Source: Streptosporangiaceae bacterium
Lineage (GTDB): Bacteria > Actinomycetota > Actinomycetes > Streptosporangiales > Streptosporangiaceae
Assembly (NCBI GenBank): GCA_036522155.1
Contig: DATDGI010000158.1
Coordinates: 3,005 to 67,004, forward strand
Length of the DNA: 64,000 bases
Direction: 5' to 3'
In this document: positions 28,035-37,273 of the stretch, in pieces
Layout: each line of letters begins with the position of its first letter
Position numbering within the stretch: the first letter of the stretch is position 1
Notes under the pieces: model-generated
What the model saw: only the letters and a program-made list of their open reading frames with translations
Database searches by the model: none
Told to the model about the DNA's origin: nothing
Program-made: the position numbers and the translations under genes

Positions 28035-29213
28035 TCAGCGGTAGGCGGCCAGGCCGGTGAGGGCCTGGCCGACGGCCAGCGCGTGGATCTCCTCGGTGCC
28101 CTCGTAGGTCAGCACGGACTCCAGGTTGTTCGCGTGCCGGATGACCGGGTACTCCAGCGTGATCCCGTTCGCGCCGAGGATGGTGCGCGCCTGCCGTGCG
28201 ATCTCGATCGCCGCCCGCACGTTGGCCATCTTGGCCAGGCTGACCTGCTCGGGCACGACCCGGCCCGCCTCTTTCAGGCGGCCCAGGTGCAGGGCCAGCA
28301 GCTGCGCGCGGGTCAGATCGGCCAGCATCCAGGCCAGCTTGCCCTGGGTGAGCTGGAAGCCGCCGATCGGCTTGCCGAACTGCTCACGGGTGCGCGCGTA
28401 CTCGACCGCGGCCTCCAGGCACGACCGGGCTGCCCCGGTGACCCCCCACACGATGCCAAACCTGGCCTCGTTCAGGCACGACAGCGGACCCTTCAGCCCG
28501 GTGACGCCGGGCAGGACCGCATCGGCGGGCAGCTTCACGTCATCGAAGTGCAGTTCCGCGGTGACCGAGGCGCGCAACGACAGCTTTTTGTGGATCGACC
28601 GGGCGGTGAAGCCGCGGGCGCCACGGGGCACCAGGAAGCCGCGGATGCCGTCAGGGGTGCTGGCCCAGACCACGGCGACATCGGCGATCGACCCGTTCGT
28701 GATCCACATCTTGGTTCCCGAGAGCACCCAGGCACCGCCGTTAAGTACCGCCCTGGTTGTCATGCCGGCCGGGTCAGACCCGTGGTCGGGCTCGGTGAGG
28801 CCGAAGCAGCCGATCGCCTCGCCCGCCGCCATGCGGGGGAGCCATTCCTCTTTTTGCGCCTCGGAGCCGTAGCGCCAGATCGGGTACATCGCCAGCGAGC
28901 CCTGCACCGAGACGACGCTGCGCAGGCCGGAGTCGGCGGCCTCCAGTTCGCGGCAGGCGACGCCGTAGGCGATCGCACCCATGCCCGCGCAGCCGTAGCC
29001 GGTCAGGTGCATGCCGAGCAGGCCCAGCTTGCCCAGTTCGGGGACCAGCTCGCGGGGGAGCGTGCCGGCCTCGAACCAGTCGGCGATGTGCGGGAGCACC
29101 CGGTCGGCGGCATAGCTGCGCACGGTGTCCCGGACCAGCCGCTCGTCCGCGGTGAGCTGGTCGTCGATCTGCAGCAGGTCAAGGAGGCCAGGCGGGGCTG
29201 CGCGCGGCGGCAT
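28035..29213 (-). CDS. gcdH: Glutaryl-CoA dehydrogenase-type acyl-CoA dehydrogenase
   Basis: DDQLTADERLVRDTVRSYA...YGCAGMGAIAYGVACRELEAADSGLRSVVSVQGSLAMYPI...IGCFGLTEPDHGSDPAGMTTRA closely matches the GCDH pattern. Confidence 0.8.
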   Translation of the reverse strand: MPPRAAPPGLLDLLQIDDQLTADERLVRDTVRSYAADRVLPHIADWFEAGTLPRELVPELGKLGLLGMHLTGYGCAGMGAIAYGVACRELEAADSGLRSVVSVQGSLAMYPIWRYGSEAQKEEWLPRMAAGEAIGCFGLTEPDHGSDPAGMTTRAVLNGGAWVLSGTKMWITNGSIADVAVVWASTPDGIRGFLVPRGARGFTARSIHKKLSLRASVTAELHFDDVKLPADAVLPGVTGLKGPLSCLNEARFGIVWGVTGAARSCLEAAVEYARTREQFGKPIGGFQLTQGKLAWMLADLTRAQLLALHLGRLKEAGRVVPEQVSLAKMANVRAAIEIARQARTILGANGITLEYPVIRHANNLESVLTYEGTEEIHALAVGQALTGLAAYR

Positions 29214-29314
29214 CGGCGGGTCCTCTCTGTCGCCGCCCGGAAGGGCGGATGACTATCAGCGTAAGCGTGCGCCGATTCGCTGTATGCGGCGGCGGCCGGG
29301 GGCATCATCGGGGT

Positions 29315-29563
29315 ATGGACGCAATGGATGGCCGCAAGCAGCTGATCCGGCCGCGGGACGGCCGCATGGTCGCCGGCGTGTGCGCCGGGATAGGCGAGTA
29401 TCTGGGCGTCGACGCCAACGTCATCCGGGTGCTGTTCGCCGCGCTCACGATCTTCAGCGTCGGGGCGGGCGCGCTGGTGTACCTGGTGGCCTGGGCGGTC
29501 GTGCCCGAGGAGGGCGAGAAGAAGTCGATCGCCGAGACCTACCTGGACAAGGGCAAGAGCTAG
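29315..29563 (+). CDS. PspC-domain membrane protein
   Basis: LIRPRDGRMVAGVCAGIGEYLGVDANVIRVLFAALTIFSVGAGALVYLVAWAVVP. Confidence 0.8.
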   Translation: MDAMDGRKQLIRPRDGRMVAGVCAGIGEYLGVDANVIRVLFAALTIFSVGAGALVYLVAWAVVPEEGEKKSIAETYLDKGKS

Positions 29564-29606
29564 CCGCCGCGGTCTGGACTCCCGGGGCCGGCTGGTCCGC
29601 GCGGGG

Positions 29607-30893
29607 CTAGCTGGTCCGCGCGCGGGGCCGGGCGGGCGGCTGGCTGGGCAGCGTGCCGGCGTGGAAGGCCCAGCGGGCCGCCAGGATCGCCGCCGCGCCC
29701 ACGCCGGCGATCCCAGCGATCCCCACCACCGCCTGCGGCCCGAGCCGGGCGGCGGCCGCCCCCGCGGCCAGGATTCCGACTCCCTGCGCAGTCAGCAGCC
29801 CCGTCTGCGCGATGCTGACCGCCCGCCCGCGCGCCGCTCCCGGTAGCGCCTTAACGAAGGCGGCCGCCGCCGCGAGCTGGTAGGCGCCGGCCACCCCCGC
29901 TAGCGCCCACAGGGGCACCAGCACCCATAACGGCGGCTGGAGCAGGCTGAACGCCAGCGGGGCGCAGGACAGCATCGCCAGCGGGCCCAGCATCCGCATC
30001 CCCCGGGCCGGGCCGGCCAGCTGGCCGACCGCCAGCCCGCCGGCCACCATCCCGGCCGGCATGGCCGCCATGAGCAGGCCCACGGTGAGCGGCCCGCCGC
30101 CGAGCGCGTGAGCGTACGGCGCGGCCAGCCCTTCGGGCACGATCGCGAACCCGGCCAGCCAGCCCATCAGGACCAGCGTGCGCAACCCGGCGTGGCCGAA
30201 AACCACATCGTGTGCATAACGAGCGGTGCCCCGGAGCGTGTGCCGCGGTTGGCTCGCGGCAGGGGGAAGGGTGCGGTTCCGCACCCAGGTGGCGATGAGC
30301 ACCGCGGACAGGCAGAACGACAGTGCGTCCAGCGCGAGGGCCCGGTGCGGGCCGAGCAGGGCCACCGCGGCGCCGCCGCCAAGGAAGCCGCCGACCTGGC
30401 CGGCCTGGAAGGTGATGTTGCCGACGGTGACGCCCTGGACAAGAGTGTCCGGTGGGACGACTTCGGGGAGCAGAGCTGACCGGGCGGCGGCGAACGGCGG
30501 CCCGAGCAGGACGGTCGCGAGCAGGAGTGTGCAGACGAGGGCCAGTGGCGCCCGCGGCAGCGCCATGATCGTCACCAGCCCGGCCCTGACCAGGTCCAGT
30601 GCGATCATCAGCTGGCGGCGCGGGACCAGGTCGGCGAGCCCTGATAACAGCGGCGCGCCGGCCAGCGGGGCGAGATAGGTCAGTGAGTAGGCCAGGGCGG
30701 TGATGGCCGGTGATCCGGTCCGGGCGAAGACCAGCACGGCCATCGCGACCTGGGCGAGCTGGTCACCCGCGTAGGACAGGGTTTGCGCCGACCACAAGGC
30801 GCGGAACTCGGGGTTGGTGAAGAGGTGGCGGTAAGTTGCGCCTGGCTGTGGGGTGGCCTCGTGGTGGCTAGTGCCCTCGGCTGTCGCACTCAT
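29607..30893 (-). CDS. MFS transporter
   Basis: 12 predicted TM helices and MFS-like loop motifs. The chosen start is MSATAEG. Confidence 0.85.
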   Translation of the reverse strand: MSATAEGTSHHEATPQPGATYRHLFTNPEFRALWSAQTLSYAGDQLAQVAMAVLVFARTGSPAITALAYSLTYLAPLAGAPLLSGLADLVPRRQLMIALDLVRAGLVTIMALPRAPLALVCTLLLATVLLGPPFAAARSALLPEVVPPDTLVQGVTVGNITFQAGQVGGFLGGGAAVALLGPHRALALDALSFCLSAVLIATWVRNRTLPPAASQPRHTLRGTARYAHDVVFGHAGLRTLVLMGWLAGFAIVPEGLAAPYAHALGGGPLTVGLLMAAMPAGMVAGGLAVGQLAGPARGMRMLGPLAMLSCAPLAFSLLQPPLWVLVPLWALAGVAGAYQLAAAAAFVKALPGAARGRAVSIAQTGLLTAQGVGILAAGAAAARLGPQAVVGIAGIAGVGAAAILAARWAFHAGTLPSQPPARPRARTS

Positions 30894-31227
30894 CCTCCGC
30901 GCCCCCTCTGGTGGCCGCTTCGCCGTTGACCTTGGTGGTATTACTCTCTGCTGTCGCACTGATGCGTTTTGACAACAGGCAGTAGTGACTGAGCGTTGTG
31001 TGTCGATTGCTAACCGTGTCGGAATTCGCCTGGGCGCGCAAGCGGTATGGCGCGATTGCTGGGTTGGGCCCGGTCAGTTGTGGCCGGGACTGGCGTGGGG
31101 TCGGGCGGGCTGGCCACGGGAGGGGTCGCGCCGGGCGCGCTTTGCCGGGCGTGGCCTCCGTCCCCTATGCTGGGGCGGTCCCCGACGGCGGGCGCCACGG
31201 GTCCGGGGCGGCTGGGTTGCCGTCAGG

Positions 31228-31300
31228 GCCCCCATCGTCTAGCGGCCTAGGACACCGCCCTTTCAAGGCGGCGGCACGGGTTCGAATCCCGTTGGGGGCA
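31228..31300 (+). tRNA. tRNA-Glu (UUC)
   Basis: GCCCCCA acceptor, anticodon loop CTTTCAA, T-arm ACGGG-TTCGAAT-CCCGT. Confidence 0.92.
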
Positions 31301-31332
31301 CGCTGCTGGCCCGGGAGGCAAGCAGTACATAT

Positions 31333-31407
31333 GGTCCTGTAGAGCAGCTTGGAGTGCTCGCCACCCTGTCAAGGTGGAGGTCGCGGGTTCAAATCCCGTC
31401 AGGACCG
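31333..31407 (+). tRNA. tRNA-Asp (GUC)
   Basis: GGTCCTG acceptor, anticodon loop CTGTCAA, T-arm GCGGG-TTCAAAT-CCCGT. Confidence 0.92.
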
Positions 31408-31442
31408 CTCTGGCTCTGGCCCGGGAAGGGCGGGCCGGGCGA

Positions 31443-31519
31443 GGTCAGGTAGCTCAGTCGGTATGAGCGTCCGCCTGAAAAGCGGAAGGTCGGCGGTTCG
31501 ACCCCGCCCCTGACCACCA
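31443..31519 (+). tRNA. tRNA-Phe (GAA), CCA encoded; integration target
   Basis: GGTCAGG acceptor, anticodon loop CTGAAAA, T-arm GGCGG-TTCGACC-CCGCC. Its 3' 44-45 nt recur three times downstream. Confidence 0.92.
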
Positions 31520-31568
31520 CTTCTGAGCAGCGCAAACGCTGCTCTTGTTCTTTCTGGCCGTAGTGCCT

Positions 31569-31587
31569 TGCTAACACCTTTGCTAAC
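31569..31587 (+). repeat. Two TGCTAAC direct repeats (candidate integrase arm-type sites), tRNA-proximal arm
   Basis: TGCTAAC at 31569-31575 and 31581-31587, between the tRNA-Phe end and the int stop. Confidence 0.45.
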
Positions 31588-32762
31588 GCGCGCCGTTGAC
31601 GGCTTGGGCGAAGATGTCTCCGACGCCTGCCGCGTGCTCGCGGAGGACGTGTGAGTAGACGCGAAGTGTCACGGCCGGGTCGGCGTGGCCGAGTCGTGCG
31701 GCGACGACGTGGACCGGGACTCCTGCTAGGAGCAGTGTGGTGGCATGCAGGTGGCGCAGGTCGTGGAGCCTTGCGTGAGGTAGCCGTTCGGCTGGGGGAG
31801 TGGTCGGCTTGTTGTGCCGTCTGATCAGCTTGGTCATGAGAGCGGTCACGGTGTCGGGGTAGAGCGGTTCGCCCCACTTGGTGACGAAGACCAGGCCGCT
31901 GCTGTCGTTCCACGCTGACCCGGCGGCGAGGCGTTCTTCGGTCTGCCGGCGGCGGTGGTCACGGAGCACGGCCACGGTGTCGCGGTCGAGGCTGATCGTG
32001 CGGGACCGGCCGCCTTTGGTGGTGCCTTCGATTCTTTGGCCGCGTACGACGGCTGTTGAACCGCCGAAGGTGACCTCGGCCGCGTCGAGGTCCACGGCGT
32101 CCCACCGGAGGTAGAGAAGTTCCCCGCGCCTGGCCCCGGTGTAGGCGGCCAGGCGGTAGAAGGCGAACAGGCGGTGATTCCGCGCAGCGGTGAGGAACGT
32201 GCCGAGCTGGTGGGCGGTCCAGACCTGTATGGGCTCGGCCCGGCCGGTTCTCGGCCTCTTCGACCGGGCGGCGGGGTTGGCGGCCAGCAGTTGTTCCACG
32301 TCCACGGCGTCAGCGAGCGCCTTGCGGAGCGTGCGGTGGATATGAGAGACGGTGGTGGCTGACAAGGCCCGGCCGTCCCGGCCACCGTGCTCGGCCAGGT
32401 CGCGGTAGAGCTTGGAGACCACGGCCGGTCGCAGGGCCTTGCAGCCGCATCCGTCCGATGCGGGGCACGATGTAGTGGTCGATGTCGTGACGGTAGCCAG
32501 CGAAGGTCTTGGGCTTCACGGTTGCGGCGTGGGCCTCTAACCACTCCGTGAGGTAGTCCGCGACGGTCGATGTGGACCTGGTGACGTACTCGCCGCGCCG
32601 GGCGCGAACGCGGGCCTCATCGCGGGCGGCCTTGGCGGCTTCCTCGGTGGGGAAGCCGCCGACCCATTTGGGCTTTGTCACACCGGTAGCAGGGTCGGGA
32701 ACGCGGATCACATACGACCATGACCCGCCTCGTCTGATCACTCCGTCACGAAGCTTTGGCAT
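31583..32762 (-). pseudogene. int: Tyrosine integrase disrupted by a single-base frameshift
   Basis: N-terminal part MPKLRDGVIRRGGSWSYVIRV...HYIVPRIGRMRLQ (32310..32795 frame). C-terminal part ALRPAVVSKLYRDL...HDLRHLHATTLLLAGVPVHVVAARLGHADPAVTLRVYSHV (31583..32422 frame). The frames switch at about 32436-32442. Confidence 0.8.
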
Positions 32763-32946
32763 CGGTGGTTCCTTCCTGGTTGAGCAGGGTGGCAACGTAG
32801 GTTTCGAGCGCTTCGACGGGAACGCGGCGGGACCCGTCGATGCGGACCGAGCGCACCAGCCCGGCCGCGATCAGCTCGTAGAGCTTGCTGCGGGAGATAG
32901 CCAGGGCCTCGGCGGCCTCGGGAACGGTCAGCAACAGCCGAGTCAT
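32746..32946 (-). CDS. xis: Excisionase-family HTH DNA-binding protein
   Basis: MTRLLLTVPEAAEALAISRSKLYELIAAGLVRSVRIDGSRRVPVEAL. The ATG overlaps the rep stop (ATGA). Confidence 0.75.
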   Translation of the reverse strand: MTRLLLTVPEAAEALAISRSKLYELIAAGLVRSVRIDGSRRVPVEALETYVATLLNQEGTTDAKAS

Positions 32947-34313
32947 GCCGCACCTCCCGTCAGAGGCGGGAGCATGACTGGCGATTGGCCACATCCGGTG
33001 AAGTGCCAGTCGGCGCGAACGACCGTGGTCTCGCTGGCGAGATCTGGCAGGAGCCCGGCGGCGACGGCCAGCTCACGCTGGTACGCGGCGCGTTCGGCGC
33101 GAAGCGCACCGAGGGTGGTGGAGTAGGCGCGGCTCTTGGTGGAGAAGTGGCCGGAGAAGCCAAGCATGTGTGCCCAAGCGGCCAGGTGCAGGTCTACCAG
33201 GCCGGGGAGCTTGCTGAGCCGAATGCATTCGGCAATGTGGCGGCGAGCGTGCTCGCGGACGGGGAGCACGTCGAGCTGGTCGGCCGTGGTGATGCGGCGG
33301 TCGAGGGTGTCGGTGCATTCCGCGGCCTTGGTGGCGTACTTGGCGACGTACGCGGCGACCCTGGTCTCGGTCAGCTCACCGGTCGTGGTGATGGGCCGGA
33401 TGTCGAGTTCGCGTCCCCAGGCCAGGGTTCGCGCGGTCAGGCCGGGAGTGGCGGGAGCTTCAAGGTGGACGGTGCGGGCCGCCTGGTCGATGGCGGTAGT
33501 GAGCAGGTCGAGGGTTGCCCACGCGGGCGGGGCAGCGGCCGGACCGCCAGGGCCGTCCAGACGGATGATGGCATGGAAGTGGACGACGCCGCGCCGCTGG
33601 TATTCAGCAACCTTGGCGTAGGAGACCCGCAGTTGAGCGGCAAGCTGCTTGCCGGACAGCCCGGCCTGACGGGCGAGCGTCCTTCGGAGGGTGATGGTGA
33701 ACCGCCGCCATAGTTCGGGAGCGCAGGCGTTGAACAGGACCGCGCCCGTGTAGTCGTAGCAGTCCGGGCACAGCGGTTCACCAAGCCGGACATCGTCCCT
33801 GGCGTGTCTTTCGGGGCACGAGAGCTGGTTGCCGTGCGGGCAGGTCAGGCTGCGCCGTCGTGGTCGGCATCGCAGTGCCCGGCCTTTTTTCTCGCGTTGG
33901 ACATGAACTGGGCCGAACGATGGTGCGGTAAGCGTGACGAACACGCACGGGTGCCCGGCGACGGTTGCCGGGACGCCCTTGCCGCCGGACAGTCCGGCTC
34001 GGATGAGCTGGTAGGTGTCGGCCTGGTAGACCTCGGCGCAGGGCCGGCAGCGGGAAGCGCGGCGGGTCTTGCACGCGATGGGCAGAACCCCGCCGGGCTC
34101 GTGGACGGTGGTGTAACGGTGCAGGAGTTCCCCAGTGGCACCGTCGATGTGATCGACGCGGCCACGCAGCAGAACGGGTTGCAGGCACCCGCCAGCGCGC
34201 CGGGGCGTGCTCGCGGGGAAGGAATCGGTGGGCAAAGGCGGTACTCCTCTCGTCGCGTCCTTGCGGGCGGTGTGGACGAGCGAGGCAGACCTGTCACCAG
34301 GCGAGTGAGTCAT
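32943..34313 (-). CDS. RepSA-like replication initiator of actinomycete integrative and conjugative elements
   Basis: 456 aa. CKTRRASRCRPCAEVYQADTYQLIRAGL, VFVTLTAPSFGPVH and VVHFHAIIRLDG are typical of the pSAM2 RepSA family. Confidence 0.8.
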   Translation of the reverse strand: MTHSPGDRSASLVHTARKDATRGVPPLPTDSFPASTPRRAGGCLQPVLLRGRVDHIDGATGELLHRYTTVHEPGGVLPIACKTRRASRCRPCAEVYQADTYQLIRAGLSGGKGVPATVAGHPCVFVTLTAPSFGPVHVQREKKGRALRCRPRRRSLTCPHGNQLSCPERHARDDVRLGEPLCPDCYDYTGAVLFNACAPELWRRFTITLRRTLARQAGLSGKQLAAQLRVSYAKVAEYQRRGVVHFHAIIRLDGPGGPAAAPPAWATLDLLTTAIDQAARTVHLEAPATPGLTARTLAWGRELDIRPITTTGELTETRVAAYVAKYATKAAECTDTLDRRITTADQLDVLPVREHARRHIAECIRLSKLPGLVDLHLAAWAHMLGFSGHFSTKSRAYSTTLGALRAERAAYQRELAVAAGLLPDLASETTVVRADWHFTGCGQSPVMLPPLTGGAA

Positions 34314-34512
34314 GGGTTCGTTGATCAGCGGTGCTATGCCGCGTGGCCTGGGTCAGGTTGCCTGCCGCTCAGGGCCTTTGATGTGGCTTTGGCACCGTGA
34401 CCGGGCTCCCGGTGACTCACCGGCCCGGCGGTTCACGGTCATCCCTCGCTACCGAGGGTCGCTTGCTCCCGATTCTACCCGTATCTAGAGTCTGTTAAAC
34501 GTACTAAAAGTA

Positions 34513-35733
34513 TCAGGATCGCAAGCGGACTGCGCCGACCCGCCCGGCCAGCTCCCGCAGTTCGGCCGAGGGCGGGTCTTGCATGGCCAGCAGGTCGGAG
34601 ACGACCTGGCGCACCTGTTCATGCCCGGCCACCAATTCCCGGCTGATGTCCCCGGCCTGTCGCAGCGCCGAGACCGCCTCTGTGACCTGGCGGCGCTGGG
34701 TATGCGCGCGGGCGACATCGATCAACATCCGAGCGCGGCGCTCAGCGGACAGGCCACTGGCATCGACGGCGGCAGCGGCCCGCAGGGCGCGGCCCGCATC
34801 GCCTAGCTCGACGGCAACCGCGATCTCATGCAAGCCAACGTTCGCCGGGCCAAACTCGGTGTTGAAGTCGTTACGTCCCTCACCGAGGCGCGCAGCGGCC
34901 TGGCCAGCGTGTTCCAGGTGGGAGTAGGCAGCGCCCGGGTCGTTGATCCGGGAGCCGATGACGGCGCGCTGCAACGTCAGCCCGCCCCACAATGACATGG
35001 CCTCTGGCTCACCTTGGTCGGCCCGTGATTGCAGGGCCTCTGCGGCGGTGCGGGCGGTTTCCTCGGCCTGGTCGTAATGGTGCGCTGCGAGGAACACGTG
35101 CACCAGCCGAAAGGCACCAGCGGCCACCAGCAGCGCGTTACCTGCCCGCTCAGCGGCGGCCATCGCGCGGTCGGCGGCGATCCACGCGGCCTCGGGTTCA
35201 CCGAGCTTGGCCAGGGCAGCCGAGCACGCCTGATAGGTCGTCGCCATCAGCTCGAAGACTTCGGGCCGCTGTGCCTCCGGCAGGGCACGAGCGGCAGTCT
35301 CCAGGTCGGGCACGAGCCCGCGCAACAAGTCGGCCAGATCGGTGTACTGACCGGCATGAGTCAGGTTCCACGCCTTACGGCCCTTGGTCCGCAGTGTGCT
35401 GATTGCGGCCGGGTGGCGGCCATCGAGCATGGCCCGCAGCGCGTAGGCACCTGACAACACCAGCCGCAGCCCCGCCGTTCCGGGCGGTTCCTCGGTCACC
35501 GCGGCGACCACCGGAGCCTCTGCGGCCAGCTCGTACAACGGCACTTCCAGCGCGGTGGCGACGGTTTCCAGGACCGACATCCGGTCGATCTTCCGCACGC
35601 CACGTTCGACCTGGGACACCCACGCCACCGACCGGCCCAGCAACCGGGCCAACTCTGGCTGCGACAGCCCTCGTCGGCGCCGCTCGGCGGCGATCTTCCG
35701 GCCAAGAGCTTGCTGGTAGGACGGAGCACTCAC
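34513..35733 (-). CDS. XRE-family HTH regulator with large helical (TPR-like) C-terminal domain
   Basis: LGRKIAAERRRRGLSQPELARLLGRSVAWVSQVERGVRKI. Confidence 0.8.
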   Translation of the reverse strand: MSAPSYQQALGRKIAAERRRRGLSQPELARLLGRSVAWVSQVERGVRKIDRMSVLETVATALEVPLYELAAEAPVVAAVTEEPPGTAGLRLVLSGAYALRAMLDGRHPAAISTLRTKGRKAWNLTHAGQYTDLADLLRGLVPDLETAARALPEAQRPEVFELMATTYQACSAALAKLGEPEAAWIAADRAMAAAERAGNALLVAAGAFRLVHVFLAAHHYDQAEETARTAAEALQSRADQGEPEAMSLWGGLTLQRAVIGSRINDPGAAYSHLEHAGQAAARLGEGRNDFNTEFGPANVGLHEIAVAVELGDAGRALRAAAAVDASGLSAERRARMLIDVARAHTQRRQVTEAVSALRQAGDISRELVAGHEQVRQVVSDLLAMQDPPSAELRELAGRVGAVRLRS

Positions 35734-36038
35734 CCGCCGGTGCCCTTGCCAGTTTGGAGGGTCAGCCAGTCCACTTCGGTGCTGGCTAGGTACTGGTCTC
35801 GCTCGTCGAGGTAGCGGCGGGTGTGCCGGGCGGCCTCGTGGGCGTGGAAGGCTTCTTCGTCGCGGTACAGCTCGTAGAAGATCCGCTGCAACGGCTGCCC
35901 GTCCACCAGGTGGGAGGCATACACCAGGGTTCCCGGTTCGTGGGCCTTGATGGCTTCGATGGTCTCGGCGACCAGCCGGTCATACGCCTTGGCGCCGGTC
36001 TCGTCCTTGCACGTGAACCGCACGCACAGACCGAACAT
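35730..36038 (-). CDS. Antibiotic-biosynthesis-monooxygenase (ABM) fold protein
   Basis: MFGLCVRFTCKDETGAKAYDRLVAETIEAIKAHEPGTLVYASH...LYRDEEAFHAHE. Its stop overlaps the start of the XRE gene. Confidence 0.7.
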   Translation of the reverse strand: MFGLCVRFTCKDETGAKAYDRLVAETIEAIKAHEPGTLVYASHLVDGQPLQRIFYELYRDEEAFHAHEAARHTRRYLDERDQYLASTEVDWLTLQTGKGTGG

Positions 36039-36092
36039 GCTGCTGCCTCCCAGGTACTCGTGACGCCATGCTCGCACTCCATGTGCCGCACC

Positions 36093-36125
36093 AGTACGTC
36101 AAATCACACGTACTTATAGTACGTG
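36093..36125. promoter_or_regulatory. AGTACGT/ACGTACT half-site cluster in divergent promoter region (candidate operator)
   Basis: AGTACGT (36093-36099) and CACGTACT-TAT-AGTACGTG (36107-36125; exact 8-bp arms), between the ABM-XRE operon and the ATPase-like gene. Confidence 0.4.
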
Positions 36126-36191
36126 ACTAAGACCAAGAGTACGATCAGTCTTGATGTGAAGCCATGACCGGGCGCAACCCAGCGAGGAGCC

Positions 36192-37013
36192 ATGCAACCC
36201 ACAGCATCCGAACTACTCGCCCTGCGCGCCCGAGAGACCACCTACCCAGGCGCAGCCGAACACATCAGCAGCGTCAGAGCTGACCTCCGCCCCTTACTGC
36301 ACGACTGCCCTGTAGCAAACGACGTGATCCTCTGCGCTTCCGAGCTGGCCGCCAACGCCGCCAAACACAGCAACTCCAGCCTGCCCGGCGGCACCTTCAC
36401 CGTCCGCATCCTCATCAGCCGAGGCGACTTCGTCCGCATTGAGGTCCAGGACAACGGCGGCCCGTGGACCCCAGCCGTCGCCGATCCGACCGGACACCAC
36501 GGACTCGACATCGTTCGCGCGCTGGCTGACAAGTGGGGTACGGACGGCAACCACACCACACGAACCACCTGGGCTATCTTCAACTGGCCACGTGACCCGG
36601 AGACCGGCGGCGACCCATCGGCACCGACGAGCACGCTTATCGCACGTGAGCGCGTGAGGAGTTTCTTCACAATCATCAAGGGCGCGCTGGCGCGCGCCAG
36701 GGGTAGTGGGCAGGCCGCAGCGGACTTGACAAGGGAACCCTCGCGGCGGCCCACATCGGGCTATAGGCGGGCAGGCCAGATGCCGCCCGATCGCCGGACA
36801 GCTTACGGGCCGCCGCCCCTTGTCAAGTCCGCTGCTCCGTCCGCGCGGGGTGCCAGAAGCCGGATGGTTCAGGCGCGAGGATGCGGCGAGACGATGACGA
36901 CCAGGGCGACGGCCTCGACAGGGAATGACGGGGGACGGCCCGCGCCGGGGGCGTCGGCAGAAGCCGCGCCCTGCCGGGCGGGAGCCCTACGGGCGCGGCA
37001 AGCCGACGCCTAG
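36192..37013 (+). CDS. HATPase_c-like ATP-binding protein (anti-sigma-factor/kinase-like)
   Basis: ILCASELAANAAKHSNS...VRIEVQDNGGPW...GHHGLDIVRALADKWG within the first ~135 aa. The remaining ~135 aa are Arg/Ala/Gly/Pro-rich and overlap a long hairpin element, so the true C-terminus is doubtful. Confidence 0.6.
   Translation: MQPTASELLALRARETTYPGAAEHISSVRADLRPLLHDCPVANDVILCASELAANAAKHSNSSLPGGTFTVRILISRGDFVRIEVQDNGGPWTPAVADPTGHHGLDIVRALADKWGTDGNHTTRTTWAIFNWPRDPETGGDPSAPTSTLIARERVRSFFTIIKGALARARGSGQAAADLTREPSRRPTSGYRRAGQMPPDRRTAYGPPPLVKSAAPSARGARSRMVQARGCGETMTTRATASTGNDGGRPAPGASAEAAPCRAGALRARQADA
36717..36835. repeat. 119-bp imperfect hairpin (19-bp perfect outer stem plus 10-bp inner stem)
   Basis: GCAGCGGACTTGACAAGGG (36717-36735) pairs with CCCTTGTCAAGTCCGCTGC (36817-36835). 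GCGGCGGCCC (36743-36752) pairs with GGGCCGCCGC (36807-36816). The 54-nt loop contains a further ATCGGGC/GCCCGAT pairing. Confidence 0.8.
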
Positions 37014-37203
37014 CGGCCGTCCCCGCTTCCCCCGGCCCGCTGGTATCTCGCCGTTACGCGGCAACCGGCACCGGTCCCGCACGTAAAGCAGCGGTTGACA
37101 GTGGCCGAGCCCAAGCTGTCCGGCGCCTATCAGGCGGACGGAACAGCGTCGATCAAACCCGCTGGCTAGCGCTCCGGGGCGCCCGCCCCTCTTGACGGCA
37201 ACC

Positions 37204-37229
37204 CTATCAAAGTGATATCACTTTGATAG
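37204..37229. promoter_or_regulatory. Perfect 26-bp palindrome (candidate operator)
   Basis: CTATCAAAGTGAT|ATCACTTTGATAG. A TTGACG hexamer lies 7 bp upstream (37192-37197). The ATG of a small membrane ORF is 45 bp downstream. Confidence 0.5.
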
Positions 37230-37273
37230 GTGACCGGAGTGGCCGGACACCACAGCCGACGGGAGTCACCCCG

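Noticed and set aside
29564-29640. Direct repeat GCTGGTCCGCGCG(G) x2 between the convergent PspC and MFS genes.
   Set aside because: It is a short GC-rich duplication overlapping the MFS stop region, with no hairpin or U-tract to support a terminator call.
36600-37013. The C-terminal ~135 aa of ORF 36192..37013 as a genuine protein domain.
   Set aside because: The composition is Arg/Ala/Gly/Pro-rich and the region is occupied by a 119-bp hairpin element. It is probably read-through of non-coding DNA. The ORF is kept as annotated but flagged.
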